Below the pieces are notes generated by a model. The model did no database searches. It saw only the letters and a program-made list of their open reading frames with translations, and was not told the origin of the DNA. A program made the translations under genes and the position numbers. From the NCBI GenBank assembly GCA_965247525.1, contig OZ252015.1, forward strand, positions 1,310,210 to 1,374,209: a stretch of DNA of 64,000 bases, read 5' to 3'. Numbering within the stretch: position 1 is the stretch's first letter; every line of letters begins with the position of its first letter. This stretch comes from Hyphomicrobiales bacterium (GTDB lineage: Bacteria > Pseudomonadota > Alphaproteobacteria > Rhizobiales > UBA4765). Below, piece after piece: positions 1-10,828 of this stretch.

Positions 1-30
1 GAACCGCAAAACGATTAATCTGCTTCTTTT

Positions 31-58
31 TTGAAAAAGCCGCTTTTCAGCGGCTTTT
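31..58 (-). terminator. Rho-independent terminator-like hairpin just downstream of the 60..338 ORF
   Basis: aaaaGCCGC-ttttca-GCGGCtttt at 35-58. On the minus strand the stem is followed by a T-run. A/T tracts on both sides, so possibly bidirectional. Confidence 0.55.
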
Positions 59-59
59 C

Positions 60-338
60 TTATATCTGGCTGGCTGGATTTTTCCGCGCGGGCGTGCCGT
101 TGGCACAGGCCTGATAGGCGCGAAGGGCGGAAGGTGCATCCAGACGCCGGTTGGTGCGCCATTGCGGATGCTGGTCATAGGTTGCAAGCAGCTGCGCAAT
201 CAGAGGGGCTGCAGCATAGGGCGAGCGGCGCGGCGCGGGATGTTTCTCAGAAGAAAAATCTTCGCCATAGGCAATAATCCCCGTTGATGGTGGGGCGATG
301 TCCTCAACCTTTGGCATGCTGGAATGGGTCATTTTCAT
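60..338 (-). CDS. hypothetical small protein (92 aa), family not recognised
   Basis: ATG-initiated ORF ending next to a terminator hairpin. No motif I can name. Confidence 0.4.
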   Translation of the reverse strand: MKMTHSSMPKVEDIAPPSTGIIAYGEDFSSEKHPAPRRSPYAAAPLIAQLLATYDQHPQWRTNRRLDAPSALRAYQACANGTPARKNPASQI

Positions 339-385
339 ATCAATTAATGCGTTAAACTATAAATTAAGGTTTTGTTTACACTAAC

Positions 386-410
386 ACAAGGCTGCAGCCC
401 TTGTTTTTTT
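386..410 (+). terminator. orphan terminator-like hairpin plus T-tract in the leader upstream of the GGDEF-EAL gene
   Basis: aCAAGG-ctgcagc-CCTTGttttttt. There is no plus-strand CDS upstream of it. Confidence 0.35.
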
Positions 411-507
411 CTTATCAATAAAGTTAACGCGTTCAATAATCAGCTTTTAATTCGGCAACTGTTAACGCGCCGTCTGATAATCTGCATTTGAAAGTATGGC
501 TGCGTAA

Positions 508-2301
508 ATGTGCGGCGTTATGAGATTGAAATTGACAGCTGATACGCCCTCAGAGCCTTTGCATGACAACCGGCGCAACAAAGATATGTCTTCAATGCAC
601 GCCGATGTCACAGCCAAGACAATGGAATCCATTCTCACAACGGTCGGCGAAGCTGTTTATAACTGGACCGTTGCGACGGATGAATTGAAATGGGGCGTCA
701 ATGCAAGTGATGTTCTTAAAGGAGCTGATGTCGCACATCTGCAAACAGGGCAAAGCTTTGCAGGTCTGATCGATGCCTCGATGAGCAATGCCCGCTATGA
801 CGCCATCATCGGCTCGCTGGCGACGGACAAAGGCCACGGCGTTCCCTACCAGATTGAATACGCATTTTGCCCGCACGGCCGCGCACAGCAGCAACGTTTA
901 TGGGTTGAGGAATGTGGCCGCTGGTTTGCGGGCGATGACGGAAAGCCTGCGACAGCGCAGGGCGTCATCCGCATCATCAACGAGCGCCATGAGCGCGATA
1001 AGAAATTGAATTATCTGTCGCATTATGACGAGCTGACCGGACAGATGAACAGGCCGCATCTGATTGCCGTCCTCGAAGAAAAAATGCTCGAGGCAAAGGC
1101 CATCAACCAGCCGTTTTCATTTGTGATGGTCGCGATCGACAATCTTGCGCTGGTCAATGACGGTTATGGTTTTGATGTTGCCGACGAGGTGATCGCCGGC
1201 GTTGCACGTGTGCTGCGCTCCTGCATGCGCTTTGGCGATGCGATGGGCCGTGTGTCCGGCAACAAGCTGGGCATCATTTTATCGAAATGTGATGACGAGC
1301 ATATGAGCCTCGTGGCGCAGCGCTTTCAATCAACCGTACGCGACCAGCCGATCATGACAACCTCAGGCCCGGTTTTCGTGAACCTGTCCATGGGCGGCGT
1401 TGTGGCGCTGCGCCATGCGCTTACCGTCACGCAGCTGGTGTCGCGCGCACATGAAGCGCTCGATGTCGCAAAGCATAAAAAACGTGGCCTGTTCGTGGCC
1501 TATCGCACCAGTCTTCTGGTCGAGCAGACACGCCGCCAGAACGCCAGTATCGCGCATGATGTGATTTCGGCTTTGAACGAGCGCCGCCTTGAACTCGCCT
1601 TCCAGCCCATCCTGAACGTGCGCACACGCGAGCCGCAGTTTTACGAGGCCTTGCTGCGCATGATCAGGCCAAATGGCACAGAAGTGCGCGCTGGCGAATT
1701 CATGCCGACCGCGGAAAAGCTGGGTTTGACGCGCCTGATCGACCACCGTGTCCTTGAGTTGACCGTCGATGCGCTGATAAAAAATCCGCATGTGCATCTT
1801 GCCATGAACGTCTCGGCGCGAACGACAGCAGATCCTGAATGGATTGGTCTTCTCTGCGCCCTGATGACACGCAATCGCGAACTTGCGGCGCGCCTGATGA
1901 TTGAAATTACAGAATCGGCCGCAATCGACAATCTTGATGAAACCGCAAAATTTATCGAACAAGTCAAAGACATGGGATGCCGCGTCGCGATTGACGATTT
2001 TGGTGCAGGCCACAGCTCGTTTCGCTATTTGCGCGATCTGATGGTCGATGTCGTTAAAATCGACGGTAGCTATATCGAAAACATTTCAACATCGCCAGAC
2101 GACCAACTGTTCGTCAAAACGCTGGCAAGTCTGGCGCAAAAACTCGGCCTTCAGATTGTTGCCGAATGGGTGCAGACAGAGGACGATGCGCAAATGCTTG
2201 CAGGCTGGGGCATCGACCTGTTGCAGGGCTTTCTTTACGGCGAGCCCAGCCGCTTCTGTTTTGAAAATCAGGAACGCCTGAACGCGGAAAAAAACGCTTA
2301 A
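508..2301 (+). CDS. signalling protein with PAS-like N-terminus, degenerate GGDEF domain and EAL domain (c-di-GMP phosphodiesterase type)
   Basis: EAL motifs QFYEALLRM, DDFGAGHSSFRYL, KIDGSYI, EWVQTEDD, QGFLYGEP. The GGDEF position reads SGNKL (degenerate). Start uncertain: ATG at 508, 520 or 586. Confidence 0.85.
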   Translation: MCGVMRLKLTADTPSEPLHDNRRNKDMSSMHADVTAKTMESILTTVGEAVYNWTVATDELKWGVNASDVLKGADVAHLQTGQSFAGLIDASMSNARYDAIIGSLATDKGHGVPYQIEYAFCPHGRAQQQRLWVEECGRWFAGDDGKPATAQGVIRIINERHERDKKLNYLSHYDELTGQMNRPHLIAVLEEKMLEAKAINQPFSFVMVAIDNLALVNDGYGFDVADEVIAGVARVLRSCMRFGDAMGRVSGNKLGIILSKCDDEHMSLVAQRFQSTVRDQPIMTTSGPVFVNLSMGGVVALRHALTVTQLVSRAHEALDVAKHKKRGLFVAYRTSLLVEQTRRQNASIAHDVISALNERRLELAFQPILNVRTREPQFYEALLRMIRPNGTEVRAGEFMPTAEKLGLTRLIDHRVLELTVDALIKNPHVHLAMNVSARTTADPEWIGLLCALMTRNRELAARLMIEITESAAIDNLDETAKFIEQVKDMGCRVAIDDFGAGHSSFRYLRDLMVDVVKIDGSYIENISTSPDDQLFVKTLASLAQKLGLQIVAEWVQTEDDAQMLAGWGIDLLQGFLYGEPSRFCFENQERLNAEKNA

Positions 2302-2837
2302 GATTTTTTCTGGCGCTCGATGTCGTCGATCTGGTGTTGCAAGTCACTCATCTGTTTTTTAAGCGTATCGAGATTTTGCTCCTGCTTAGGTGCGGTCTCT
2401 GAAAACGGCGTGAACATGGAAAATGCTTTCTCAAACATTTTCATATTCTGTTTTGCCTGCTCCTGGTACATTTCAAAAGGCGCCGTCAACGCGCCGCTCA
2501 TCTTGCCGCGCCAGTTGTCCTGCTCTTTCGTAAAATTCTGCAGCGCCATATCGAGATAGCCGGGGATCAAGGCTTGCATGCTGTCGCCATAAAAACGGAT
2601 CAGCTGGCGCAGGAAAGGAATGGGAAGCAGTGTCTGCTCGCCTCTGTTTTCAAGTTCAAAAATAATTTGTCCCAGCACGCTGCGTGTCAGGTCCTCGCCG
2701 GTTTTGGCATCGACGACCACGAAGTCTTCGCCGCGTTTGACCATATGCCCCAAATCTTCAAGCGTCACATAGACGGAGGTCTGCGTGTTATAAAGACGGC
2801 GATTGGCATATTTTTTGACTGTAATCGGTTCAGGCAT
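2298..2837 (-). CDS. phaR: polyhydroxyalkanoate synthesis repressor PhaR
   Basis: N-terminal ITVKKYANRRLYNTQTSVYVTLEDL is the PhaR signature. Divergent from phaA-phaB. Confidence 0.9.
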   Translation of the reverse strand: MPEPITVKKYANRRLYNTQTSVYVTLEDLGHMVKRGEDFVVVDAKTGEDLTRSVLGQIIFELENRGEQTLLPIPFLRQLIRFYGDSMQALIPGYLDMALQNFTKEQDNWRGKMSGALTAPFEMYQEQAKQNMKMFEKAFSMFTPFSETAPKQEQNLDTLKKQMSDLQHQIDDIERQKKS

Positions 2838-2976
2838 AGTTGCGTTTCCAAAAAAGGAGCTGACCCCTGTCTTACGGTATTTTGTGCAGTGCGAAAAGGA
2901 GATCGCGCAAAAACTTTTTAACTTGTGCTTGCCAGCACGCAGGGCTCCAGCGTAGGCAGAACAAAAGGATCAAATC

Positions 2977-4152
2977 ATGGAAGACGTTGTCATTGTTTCT
3001 GCTGCCCGCACCCCAGTGGGGTCTTTTAGCGGCGCTTTGGCGTCCGTTCCGGCGCATCTTTTAGGCGCAGCGGCCATTAAAGCGGCGATTGCCCGCGCCA
3101 ATCTCGCTCCAGCCGATGTTGAAGATGTGATTTTGGGTCAGGTGCTTACAGGGGGGCAGGGACAAAATCCGGCGCGTCAGGCCGCGATGGCGGCAGGCAT
3201 TCCGCAGGAGCGTTCGGCCATGACCATCAATCAGGTCTGCGGCTCTGGCCTTCGCGCGGTCGCGCTGGCGGCAAACGCCATCAAAGCAGGGGAAGCCAGC
3301 ATTGTTATCGCAGGCGGGCAGGAAAGCATGTCGCAAAGCGTCCATGCGGCTTTCCTGCGTGCAGGGCAGAAAATGGGCGACCTCTCGCTGGTCGATACGA
3401 TGATCAAAGACGGGTTGTGGGACGCGTTTAACAATTATCATATGGGCCAGACGGCCGAAAACATCGCCGACACATGGACAATCAACCGCGAGGCGCAAGA
3501 CACATTCGCAGTCAGCTCGCAGAACAAGGCGTCGGCCGCGCACAAGCAAGGCCGCTTCAAAGATGAAATTGCACCGGTGACGATTGCAACCCGCAAGGGT
3601 GAAACGGTGGTGAGCGACGACGAATATATTCGCCATGACGCCACGCTTGAAGGCGTATCTGCTTTAAAACCCGCATTCAAAAAAGACGGCAGCGTCACAG
3701 CCGCCAATGCGTCCGGCTTGAATGATGGCGCCGCCGCACTTGTGCTGATGTCGGCAATTGAAGCAAAAAAGCGCGGCCTTGTGCCACTGGCACGCATTGT
3801 GTCATTCGCCACGGTTGGCGTCGATCCGGCGATCATGGGCACGGGCCCAATTCCGGCATCGCGCAAGGCGCTTGATAAAGCAGGATGGCGTGTGGAAGAT
3901 CTTGATCTGATCGAAGCCAATGAAGCTTTTGCCGCGCAGTCGATTGCGGTGTGCCATGACCTGGGGTTCGACCCGGCAAAGGTCAATGTGAATGGCGGCG
4001 CAATTGCCATCGGCCATCCGATCGGCGCGTCCGGCGCACGTATTCTCGTAACGCTCCTTTATGAAATGAAACGCCGCTCCGCCAAAAAAGGGCTTGCGAC
4101 ATTGTGCATTGGCGGCGGCATGGGCGTTGCCCTTTGCGTCGAGGCGGTCTGA
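2977..4152 (+). CDS. phaA: acetyl-CoA acetyltransferase (beta-ketothiolase)
   Basis: Thiolase II motifs [47 protein letters not shown] before the ATG. Next to phaR and phaB. Confidence 0.93.
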   Translation: MEDVVIVSAARTPVGSFSGALASVPAHLLGAAAIKAAIARANLAPADVEDVILGQVLTGGQGQNPARQAAMAAGIPQERSAMTINQVCGSGLRAVALAANAIKAGEASIVIAGGQESMSQSVHAAFLRAGQKMGDLSLVDTMIKDGLWDAFNNYHMGQTAENIADTWTINREAQDTFAVSSQNKASAAHKQGRFKDEIAPVTIATRKGETVVSDDEYIRHDATLEGVSALKPAFKKDGSVTAANASGLNDGAAALVLMSAIEAKKRGLVPLARIVSFATVGVDPAIMGTGPIPASRKALDKAGWRVEDLDLIEANEAFAAQSIAVCHDLGFDPAKVNVNGGAIAIGHPIGASGARILVTLLYEMKRRSAKKGLATLCIGGGMGVALCVEAV

Positions 4153-4877
4153 TGGCGCGCGTTGCACTGGTGACAGGCGGCACGCGCGGAATTGGCGCGG
4201 CCATTTCAAAAGCCCTGAAACAGGCCGGCTATGTCGTCGCTGCAAACTATGCAGGCAACGATGTTGCCGCGGGACAGTTTGAAAAAGACACCGGCATCTC
4301 CGCTTACAAATGGGATGTCGGCGATTTTGATGCCTGCGCGAAAGGCATTCAGAAGGTCGAGGCCGCCCACGGGCCCATTGAAATTCTGGTTGCCAATGCC
4401 GGCATCACGCGCGATGGTTTCTTGCATAAAATGAGCCGTGACGACTGGACCGCTGTGATGCGCACCAATCTCGATGGTCTGTTCAATCTCACGCGCCATG
4501 TGATTGAGGGCATGCGCAACCGCAGCTTTGGCCGCGTCATCGTCATCTCCTCCATCAACGGGCAAAAAGGACAGGCCGGGCAGGCCAATTATTCGGCATC
4601 GAAAGCGGGCGACATCGGGTTTATCAAAGCCCTGGCACTCGAAGGCGCATCAAAAAACATTACCGCAAATGCGATCTGCCCCGGCTATATCAATACTGAA
4701 ATGGTGCAGGCCGTGCCGAAACAGGTTCTTGAAGACAAAATTCTGCCGCTTATTCCAATGAAGCGCCTTGGCGAGCCGGACGAAATTGCGCGCTGCGTTG
4801 TTTTTCTTGCCAGCGACGATTCAAGTTTTATCACCGGCTCGACGCTATCTGCCAATGGCGGGCAGTATATGGCGTAA
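4152..4877 (+). CDS. phaB: acetoacetyl-CoA reductase (SDR)
   Basis: VALVTGGTRGIG and NYSASKAG SDR motifs. TGATG stop/start overlap with phaA. The ORF-track start at 4104 is an upstream extension. Confidence 0.92.
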   Translation: MARVALVTGGTRGIGAAISKALKQAGYVVAANYAGNDVAAGQFEKDTGISAYKWDVGDFDACAKGIQKVEAAHGPIEILVANAGITRDGFLHKMSRDDWTAVMRTNLDGLFNLTRHVIEGMRNRSFGRVIVISSINGQKGQAGQANYSASKAGDIGFIKALALEGASKNITANAICPGYINTEMVQAVPKQVLEDKILPLIPMKRLGEPDEIARCVVFLASDDSSFITGSTLSANGGQYMA

Positions 4878-4992
4878 GGCTGTGTTTTGTTTTTGTGTAG
4901 GTTGTGCAAAAAAACCATGACAATCGCGTCCAAGCAAGAACAGAAGTCTTTAATCGTTTCCAAGCGCGAACAAAAATGAGTGTTTCGTTTTG

Positions 4993-5883
4993 ATGCATAC
5001 GGTTCTCCCGCAAACACGCTTTGCGACCTTTGTCGGATTTGCCGCATTGGTCATGTGGTCATCGCTTGCGGCGCTGTCTGTTGCGGTCAAAGACATTCCG
5101 CCCTTTCAACTTCTTTCCATCGGTATGTTTCTGGGCGGGTTGTCGGGTGCGGCCACATGGCCGTTTCGCCCCGGCGCGTGGCGGCGCGCGCTGGTGCTGC
5201 CGCCGAAAATCTGGGCGGTTGGAATTTACGGCCTGTTTTTTTATCATTTGTGTTTTTTTCTCGCATTTCGCTGGGCGCCGCCGTTGCAGGCGAATATCAT
5301 CAACTATCTGTGGCCATTGTTCACAATCATCTTTTCCGTTTTTCTGCCCGGGCATGTTTTTAAAAGCCATCACCTGACAGGCCTCATCGTCGGCGTGCTG
5401 GGCGTTGTCACGGCCTTGTTGACGGCACCGACCAGCATCGACGGCACATTCATTTATGGCTATCTGTGCGCGGGCGTGTGCGCGCTGACATGGTCGAGCT
5501 ACACGGTGATGAGCCGCTACTACAAACAAATCTCAACCGATGCGGTGACAGGTTTTTGTTTTGCGGTCGCGTTTTTAAGTTTTGTTGCGCACCTTTGTCT
5601 TGAGCAAACCTTGTGGCCTACGACGCCCGCCTCATGGCTGTCCTTGTTACTGATCGGTCTTTTTCCCACGGGCATTGCATTTTACGCATGGGACTACGGC
5701 GTGAAAAAAGGCAATCTTCTGCTGCTCGGATTCGTGTCTTATGCCACGCGCATTGCCTCATCAGTGTTTTTGTGGATTTTTGGATTTGCCGAGTTCAATT
5801 CCGGCGCTTGGACAGGAATTGCTTTGATTACGGCCGGTGCTGCGATTGCATCACGCGAATTGTTTGTACGCCGCCGCGCCTAA
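4993..5883 (+). CDS. EamA/DMT-family transporter
   Basis: About 10 predicted TM helices in two EamA-like halves. First ATG at 4993 (track start 4990 is TTG). Confidence 0.75.
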   Translation: MHTVLPQTRFATFVGFAALVMWSSLAALSVAVKDIPPFQLLSIGMFLGGLSGAATWPFRPGAWRRALVLPPKIWAVGIYGLFFYHLCFFLAFRWAPPLQANIINYLWPLFTIIFSVFLPGHVFKSHHLTGLIVGVLGVVTALLTAPTSIDGTFIYGYLCAGVCALTWSSYTVMSRYYKQISTDAVTGFCFAVAFLSFVAHLCLEQTLWPTTPASWLSLLLIGLFPTGIAFYAWDYGVKKGNLLLLGFVSYATRIASSVFLWIFGFAEFNSGAWTGIALITAGAAIASRELFVRRRA

Positions 5884-6605
5884 AATGTGTCTTTGCGTAA
5901 GCGAAGTTCGGTAAATTCTTCAAGGCTTTTTGCAAGCAGGAACGGGTTGGAGACAAGTTCTTCACCAATTGTTGTTGGCATGACAGGCCGTCCCAGACGG
6001 CGCAAGGCATCGATGACACCAGCTCTTGCTTGAATACAGGCGGCGCCGGGCATGACTGTTTTTGCAAATATTGCATTTGCTTTCGCGTATTCATGCCCGC
6101 AATACAGCGCGGTGCCTTCGGGCAGTTGTTTTAATTTTTGCAAACTGTCCCACATTGTTATGGCGTCGCATTCCAGCAGCCTGCCACACCCCATGACAAA
6201 AAGCGTGTCGCCGGTAAACACAATTTTTTCATCGGGTAAAAAATAGCTGAGATGGCCTTTGGTGTGACCGGGGGTGTCGATGGCCTCGATTTTAAAAGCG
6301 CCGCACGCAATCACATCGCCGCCCATGACGCTATCACTGGCCTGCGGAATTTGGTTGATTTCTCGCTGCGGGCCGATCACCTCACAGGAAAAATGCGCTT
6401 TCAGATTTTCAAGCCCTGCCACATGGTCATTGTGGTGGTGCGTCACCAGCACGTGAGTGAGGTTTAAGTTTTTTTCGGTCAAATAGGCCAGGATTGGCGC
6501 CGCATCCGGTGCATCAATGCAGATCGCTTCCATCGTCTCATTGTCATGGAGAATGGTGGCGTAATTGTCTTTCAAGCAGGGAATCAACGCGCGGATACAA
6601 GTCAT
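5880..6605 (-). CDS. gloB: hydroxyacylglutathione hydrolase (glyoxalase II)
   Basis: Metallo-beta-lactamase motif THHHNDHVAG, then GHTKGH. Length 241 aa. Confidence 0.85.
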   Translation of the reverse strand: MTCIRALIPCLKDNYATILHDNETMEAICIDAPDAAPILAYLTEKNLNLTHVLVTHHHNDHVAGLENLKAHFSCEVIGPQREINQIPQASDSVMGGDVIACGAFKIEAIDTPGHTKGHLSYFLPDEKIVFTGDTLFVMGCGRLLECDAITMWDSLQKLKQLPEGTALYCGHEYAKANAIFAKTVMPGAACIQARAGVIDALRRLGRPVMPTTIGEELVSNPFLLAKSLEEFTELRLRKDTF

Positions 6606-6642
6606 GCATTATACGAATGCAGAGCCACACGATTTGTTCGCT

Positions 6643-7128
6643 TCAAGCAGCGCTTGATTTGCGACGTTGCTCGTTAATCAATTTGTAGGCTGCCGTCACT
6701 TTCTGAAAAATCGATGATCCTTGTTCGACAAGAATAGGAGGCAGGTCGAGACCCAAAAGCTTGTCGGGATGATACGCCCGCGCCATCGCGTGGTAGGCCT
6801 CGCGAACCTGCTCGTCGGTCGCCTCCGATGTGATGCCAAGCAGGATATAAGGGTCTTGGCTGTGATGACGCCATTTTTCGCCACCAGCGCTTTCGCGCTT
6901 TGTTTTTTGCGCGTTTTCGTCGGCGGTGACGCGCCAGATGAATGATTTGGAGACCAGAACGTTTTCACCGGCCTCATTTTCCATTTCGATGAAAAGATTG
7001 GCACCATTTAAAAGAGTAGAGAGTTTATCGCCCGCATGCATGAAAAAGCTGGCATTTTGCCCTTCACCGTCGGCGGTTTCGAGAAAAACCTTCAATTTTG
7101 TCTTTGGCCGCTCATATGTGTTATTCAT
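6643..7128 (-). CDS. J-domain (DnaJ-like) protein
   Basis: C-terminal J-domain DPYILLGITSEATDEQVREAYHAMARAYHPDK (HPD present). ATG at 7128 has an AGGA RBS 8 nt upstream. The ORF-track start at 7203 is probably an extension. Confidence 0.7.
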   Translation of the reverse strand: MNNTYERPKTKLKVFLETADGEGQNASFFMHAGDKLSTLLNGANLFIEMENEAGENVLVSKSFIWRVTADENAQKTKRESAGGEKWRHHSQDPYILLGITSEATDEQVREAYHAMARAYHPDKLLGLDLPPILVEQGSSIFQKVTAAYKLINEQRRKSSAA

Positions 7129-7209
7129 GCGTTTAATCCTCGCATAAAACATACAGGCAAGCGCTTGATTAAAGGTTAGCGCCACTCTACGTGTTGTTTG
7201 CATTCCATT

Positions 7210-7297
7210 AGCCCTAACGCCCGAGCCTTGGCGAGCGGCGTCATGACGTAAAGTCCGAGCGCTTCGCGCCCAAGCTTTAGCGAATGGCGCAATCCAA
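7210..7297. repeat. copy of intergenic repeat family A (CCCGAG / GAATGGCGC motifs)
   Basis: gcccgagccttggcgagcgg ... cccaagctttagcgaatggcgcaatcc matches the units at 31954-32052. It creates the spurious ATG at 7284. Confidence 0.7.
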
Positions 7298-7334
7298 AAA
7301 GCCGACCGGCGCCACCAACATTGAGACCAAAATT

Positions 7335-9158
7335 ATGAAACTCCGTAATATCGCCATTATCGCCCACGTCGACCATGGCAAAACCACCCTTGTTGACGTG
7401 CTTTTGCAACAATCAGGCACGTTTCGCCAAAATCAGCAGGTGGCTGAACGGGTGATGGACAGCAATGACCTTGAGCGTGAACGCGGCATTACAATTTTGG
7501 CCAAATGCACCTCGGTCGAGTGGAAAGACACCCGCATCAACATCATCGACACCCCGGGCCACGCCGATTTTGGCGGCGAGGTGGAGCGTATTTTGGGCAT
7601 GGTGGACGGCGTTCTGGTGTTGGTTGACGCTGCCGAAGGGCCAATGCCGCAGACCAAATTCGTCGTTTCCAAAGCCCTCAAAATCGGTTTGAAGCCGATC
7701 GTCGTCATCAACAAGGTCGATAAGCACGATGCGCGCGTGATCGAGGTCGTCAATGAAGTGTTCGACCTGTTCGCGGCGCTTGACGCCACAGATGAGCAGC
7801 TCGATTTTCCCATTCTGTACGGTTCAGGCAAAAATGGCTGGATGTCGGCCAAGGGCCCGGACGACAAACAGCCGGACATGGCGGCATTGTTTGACATGGT
7901 GCTGGAGCATGTTCAGCCACCGGTTGTCGAAGAGGGGCCGTTTCGCCTGCTGGGCACCATTATCGAGGCCAATCCGTATCTGGGCCGCCTGATCACCGGA
8001 CGCATCGCATCAGGGGAAGCAAAGCCCAACGCACCGCTTAAAGTGCTGTCGCGCGAAGGCAAAGTCATTGAGCAGGGGCGCATTACCAAGGTTCTCGCCT
8101 TTCGCGGCATTGAACGCACGCCCGTTGACGAGGCGCAGGCGGGCGACATCATCACCATTGCCGGCTTTGAAAAAGGCACGGTCGCCGACACGTTCTGCGC
8201 ACCCGAAGTGTCCGAGCCGCTGCCTGCACAGCCGATCGATCCGCCAACCGTGTCGATGACATTTGCTGTCAATGACAGTCCGCTTGCTGGCACGGAAGGC
8301 GACAAGGTGACAAGCCGCATCATCCGCGACCGCTTGATGAAAGAGCAGGAAGGCAATGTCGCGCTTAAAATTGAAGAGGCGTCCGGCAAGGATGCGTTCA
8401 TCGTTTCCGGCCGCGGCGAATTGCAGCTTGCTATTCTCATTGAAAACATGCGCCGCGAAGGGTTTGAGCTGTCGGTGTCGCGCCCGCGCGTCGTCATGAA
8501 AAAGGACGAAACAGGTTCACTGCTGGAGCCGATTGAAGAGGTCATTATCGACGTTGACGAAGAACATTCAGGCGTCGTCGTTCAAAAGCTTGCCGAGCGC
8601 AAGGCCGATATGATGGACATGCGCCCGTCAGGCGGCAACCGCCAGCGCCTTGTCTTCCATGCGCCAACGCGCGGCCTTATCGGCTATCAGGGCGAACTGC
8701 TGACCGACACGCGCGGCACAGCCATTATGAACCGGCTGTTCCATTCCTATGCGCCGTACAAAGGCGAGATTACAGGACGCCGCAACGGCGTGATGATCGC
8801 CATGGAAACGGGCGAAGCCGTCGCCTATGCGATGTGGAATCTGGAAGAGCGCGGACCCATGGTGATCGAGCCGGGTTCGAAGGTCTATGCGGGCATGATC
8901 ATCGGCGTCCATACGCGTGACAATGATCTTGAGGTCAATGTGCTGAAGGGCAAGAAGCTGACCAATATGCGGGCCAGCGGCAAGGATGAGGCGGTGAAAC
9001 TGACACCTCCTATCCAGATGACGCTGGAAAAAGCGATTGCATGGATCAACAATGACGAACTGGTCGAGGTCACACCAAAATCAATTCGCCTGCGCAAGGT
9101 CTATCTTGATCCGATCGAGCGCAAGCGCGCCGAGAAAGCCGGCGCGAGCGCGGCTTGA
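7335..9158 (+). CDS. typA: translational GTPase TypA/BipA
   Basis: [33 protein letters not shown] and NKVD GTPase motifs, with BipA-like full length. The track start at 7284 lies inside a repeat element. Confidence 0.93.
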   Translation: MKLRNIAIIAHVDHGKTTLVDVLLQQSGTFRQNQQVAERVMDSNDLERERGITILAKCTSVEWKDTRINIIDTPGHADFGGEVERILGMVDGVLVLVDAAEGPMPQTKFVVSKALKIGLKPIVVINKVDKHDARVIEVVNEVFDLFAALDATDEQLDFPILYGSGKNGWMSAKGPDDKQPDMAALFDMVLEHVQPPVVEEGPFRLLGTIIEANPYLGRLITGRIASGEAKPNAPLKVLSREGKVIEQGRITKVLAFRGIERTPVDEAQAGDIITIAGFEKGTVADTFCAPEVSEPLPAQPIDPPTVSMTFAVNDSPLAGTEGDKVTSRIIRDRLMKEQEGNVALKIEEASGKDAFIVSGRGELQLAILIENMRREGFELSVSRPRVVMKKDETGSLLEPIEEVIIDVDEEHSGVVVQKLAERKADMMDMRPSGGNRQRLVFHAPTRGLIGYQGELLTDTRGTAIMNRLFHSYAPYKGEITGRRNGVMIAMETGEAVAYAMWNLEERGPMVIEPGSKVYAGMIIGVHTRDNDLEVNVLKGKKLTNMRASGKDEAVKLTPPIQMTLEKAIAWINNDELVEVTPKSIRLRKVYLDPIERKRAEKAGASAA

Positions 9159-9235
9159 CATTACGCAAAAAAAATCGCAATTTCTTAACAGATTTAAGCA
9201 GTTAAAATTTTAGCGATTTTTTTTCAGGATAAAAG

Positions 9236-10330
9236 ATGAACGCCCTTTCGCTCAACCGTAAAATTTCTGCAGCAAAGAAAGACAGTGTTTCGCAAAGCAA
9301 AACATTTGCGCCGTTTTTGCGCGCAGATGTTCGCGTGCCCGCGCCGCAGCTTTTGCAAGTGCTGCAAACCAAAACAACGCCAAAAGCGCAAAACAAGCGT
9401 TATGATAACAGCACGTCAAAACCACAAAAAGACATACCCTCACCTGCCATGCCAAAAGCGCCGGAAAGCGTGCTGGATAATGTGCCTGGCCTTAATGATG
9501 CCGAGAAATGGAGCAGCCTTATTGAAAACGGAAAAGAGCAGCTTGAACGCAAGCTGGCTTTTAGCTCCGTGGTAAAGTCGATCAAGGACACAAAAAAAGG
9601 CTATGATGACGCCGAAAAAACCTACAAAAATCTTGTCGATGAAAAGTCAAAAGCGCTTGGCGCAGACACCTCATATTTTAACAAGGATGTGAGGGCGAAA
9701 GTCTTTGAAGATGTCTCGACACCATCCGACACGGTCTTGGCCGATGAGCAAAGTCCGCTCTACCAAATTGCGCAAGAGCGCAAGGATGACGAGCAGTTCA
9801 ACAATGTGGGTAGTGGGATTGGAACTGCAGTTTGTGTGGCGCTGACATCACGATTGTGGAAACCTTTGACATATAAAATATTGAATGCGGGTGCTCCAAA
9901 AATATACAGGCTCGGCAAGCCGTTGATGAATGAAACGGTATGGAATGCCGGCGCGCGCTTTGCAAAATTTGTGTTGCGCAGACCCTCATCTATTTTTAAA
10001 GGCGAATTCTTCGCGCGGCCAAATCTCTTAAGGAACGGCGTAGGTCTTGCTGCAGCGGCAACTGTAATGACAGCCACATATTTGCTTGGAAAAAATTATG
10101 GCGACACCTCGGGCAATACATATGGCGAGACGGACAAGCCATTTGTGGAAGCGCGCAACTTGTCTTACATCGATGCGCTAAAACAGGCGGCGCTCGATGT
10201 GTGGGGTGACCAGCTTAAAAAAGCAGGCAAAGAGATTTTCGATAACTCTGACGACAAAGCGCCGGAGTCTCCGAGCGACCTTAAAACAGTGCCGTCCACC
10301 GAGCCGCTGACGGACGGGTTGACGGCTTAA
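9236..10330 (+). CDS. hypothetical protein (364 aa), Lys/Pro/Ser-rich N-terminal half and two hydrophobic segments in the C-terminal half
   Basis: ATG with AGGA RBS 6 nt upstream. No recognisable domain. Confidence 0.55.
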   Translation: MNALSLNRKISAAKKDSVSQSKTFAPFLRADVRVPAPQLLQVLQTKTTPKAQNKRYDNSTSKPQKDIPSPAMPKAPESVLDNVPGLNDAEKWSSLIENGKEQLERKLAFSSVVKSIKDTKKGYDDAEKTYKNLVDEKSKALGADTSYFNKDVRAKVFEDVSTPSDTVLADEQSPLYQIAQERKDDEQFNNVGSGIGTAVCVALTSRLWKPLTYKILNAGAPKIYRLGKPLMNETVWNAGARFAKFVLRRPSSIFKGEFFARPNLLRNGVGLAAAATVMTATYLLGKNYGDTSGNTYGETDKPFVEARNLSYIDALKQAALDVWGDQLKKAGKEIFDNSDDKAPESPSDLKTVPSTEPLTDGLTA

Positions 10331-10336
10331 AGAAAA

Positions 10337-10828
10337 TTATTGCGCGACGACGACGGGCGTGCCGACCTGCACATAGTTGTAAAGCTCTTCAATGTCCCAG
10401 TTGTACATGCGGAAACAGCCGTAAGAGACAAAGCCGCCAACGCTTTCCGGCTTGTTGGTGCCGTGAATGGCATATTCGCCGCCGCTGAGCAGCAAAGCGC
10501 GCGAGCCCATCGGATTTTTAGGGCCCGGTTCGATCACATCGGGCAACCACGGTTCGGCGCGTTTTACCGATTCAGGGGGCGACCATGCCGGGCGCACGCG
10601 CTTTTCTTCAACAAAGCTGATGCCCTGCCATTGCTTGCCCACACGGCCAACGCCGATTTTGTAGCGCAGCGCCTTGTCATAATCGACGACATAATACAAA
10701 GAGCGCGCTTTTGTGGAGATGACAATTGTGCCTGGCGCATAGCCCTCGAAATTAACGGTTTCACGTGCTTGCAATTTTGCAGCCGTTAAAGCCAGCACAA
10801 AAGGAACTATCAGAACCAAGCGACGCAT
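10337..10828 (-). CDS. L,D-transpeptidase (YkuD domain), secreted
   Basis: Signal peptide MRRLVLIVPFVLALTAAKLQA. Catalytic motif HGTNKPESVGGFVSYGCFRM. Confidence 0.88.
   Translation of the reverse strand: MRRLVLIVPFVLALTAAKLQARETVNFEGYAPGTIVISTKARSLYYVVDYDKALRYKIGVGRVGKQWQGISFVEEKRVRPAWSPPESVKRAEPWLPDVIEPGPKNPMGSRALLLSGGEYAIHGTNKPESVGGFVSYGCFRMYNWDIEELYNYVQVGTPVVVAQ

Noticed and set aside
340-470. CtrA boxes (TTAA-N7-TTAAC) among the many TTAA motifs upstream of the GGDEF-EAL gene, and similar motifs at 9190-9215
   Set aside because: The spacings are N4, N5 or N11, and none has the N7 geometry.
2838-2976. PhaR operator sites in the phaR-phaA intergenic region (GTGCttgccaGCAC, TGCAGTGCG)
   Set aside because: TGC-rich inverted repeats are present, but I cannot match them confidently to a defined PhaR consensus from memory, so I left them unannotated.
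7284-7334. Longer TypA ORF starting at ATG 7284
   Set aside because: That ATG is the ATG inside the family A repeat unit (gcgaATGgcgcaatc). The conserved BipA N-terminus [17 protein letters not shown] begins at 7335.
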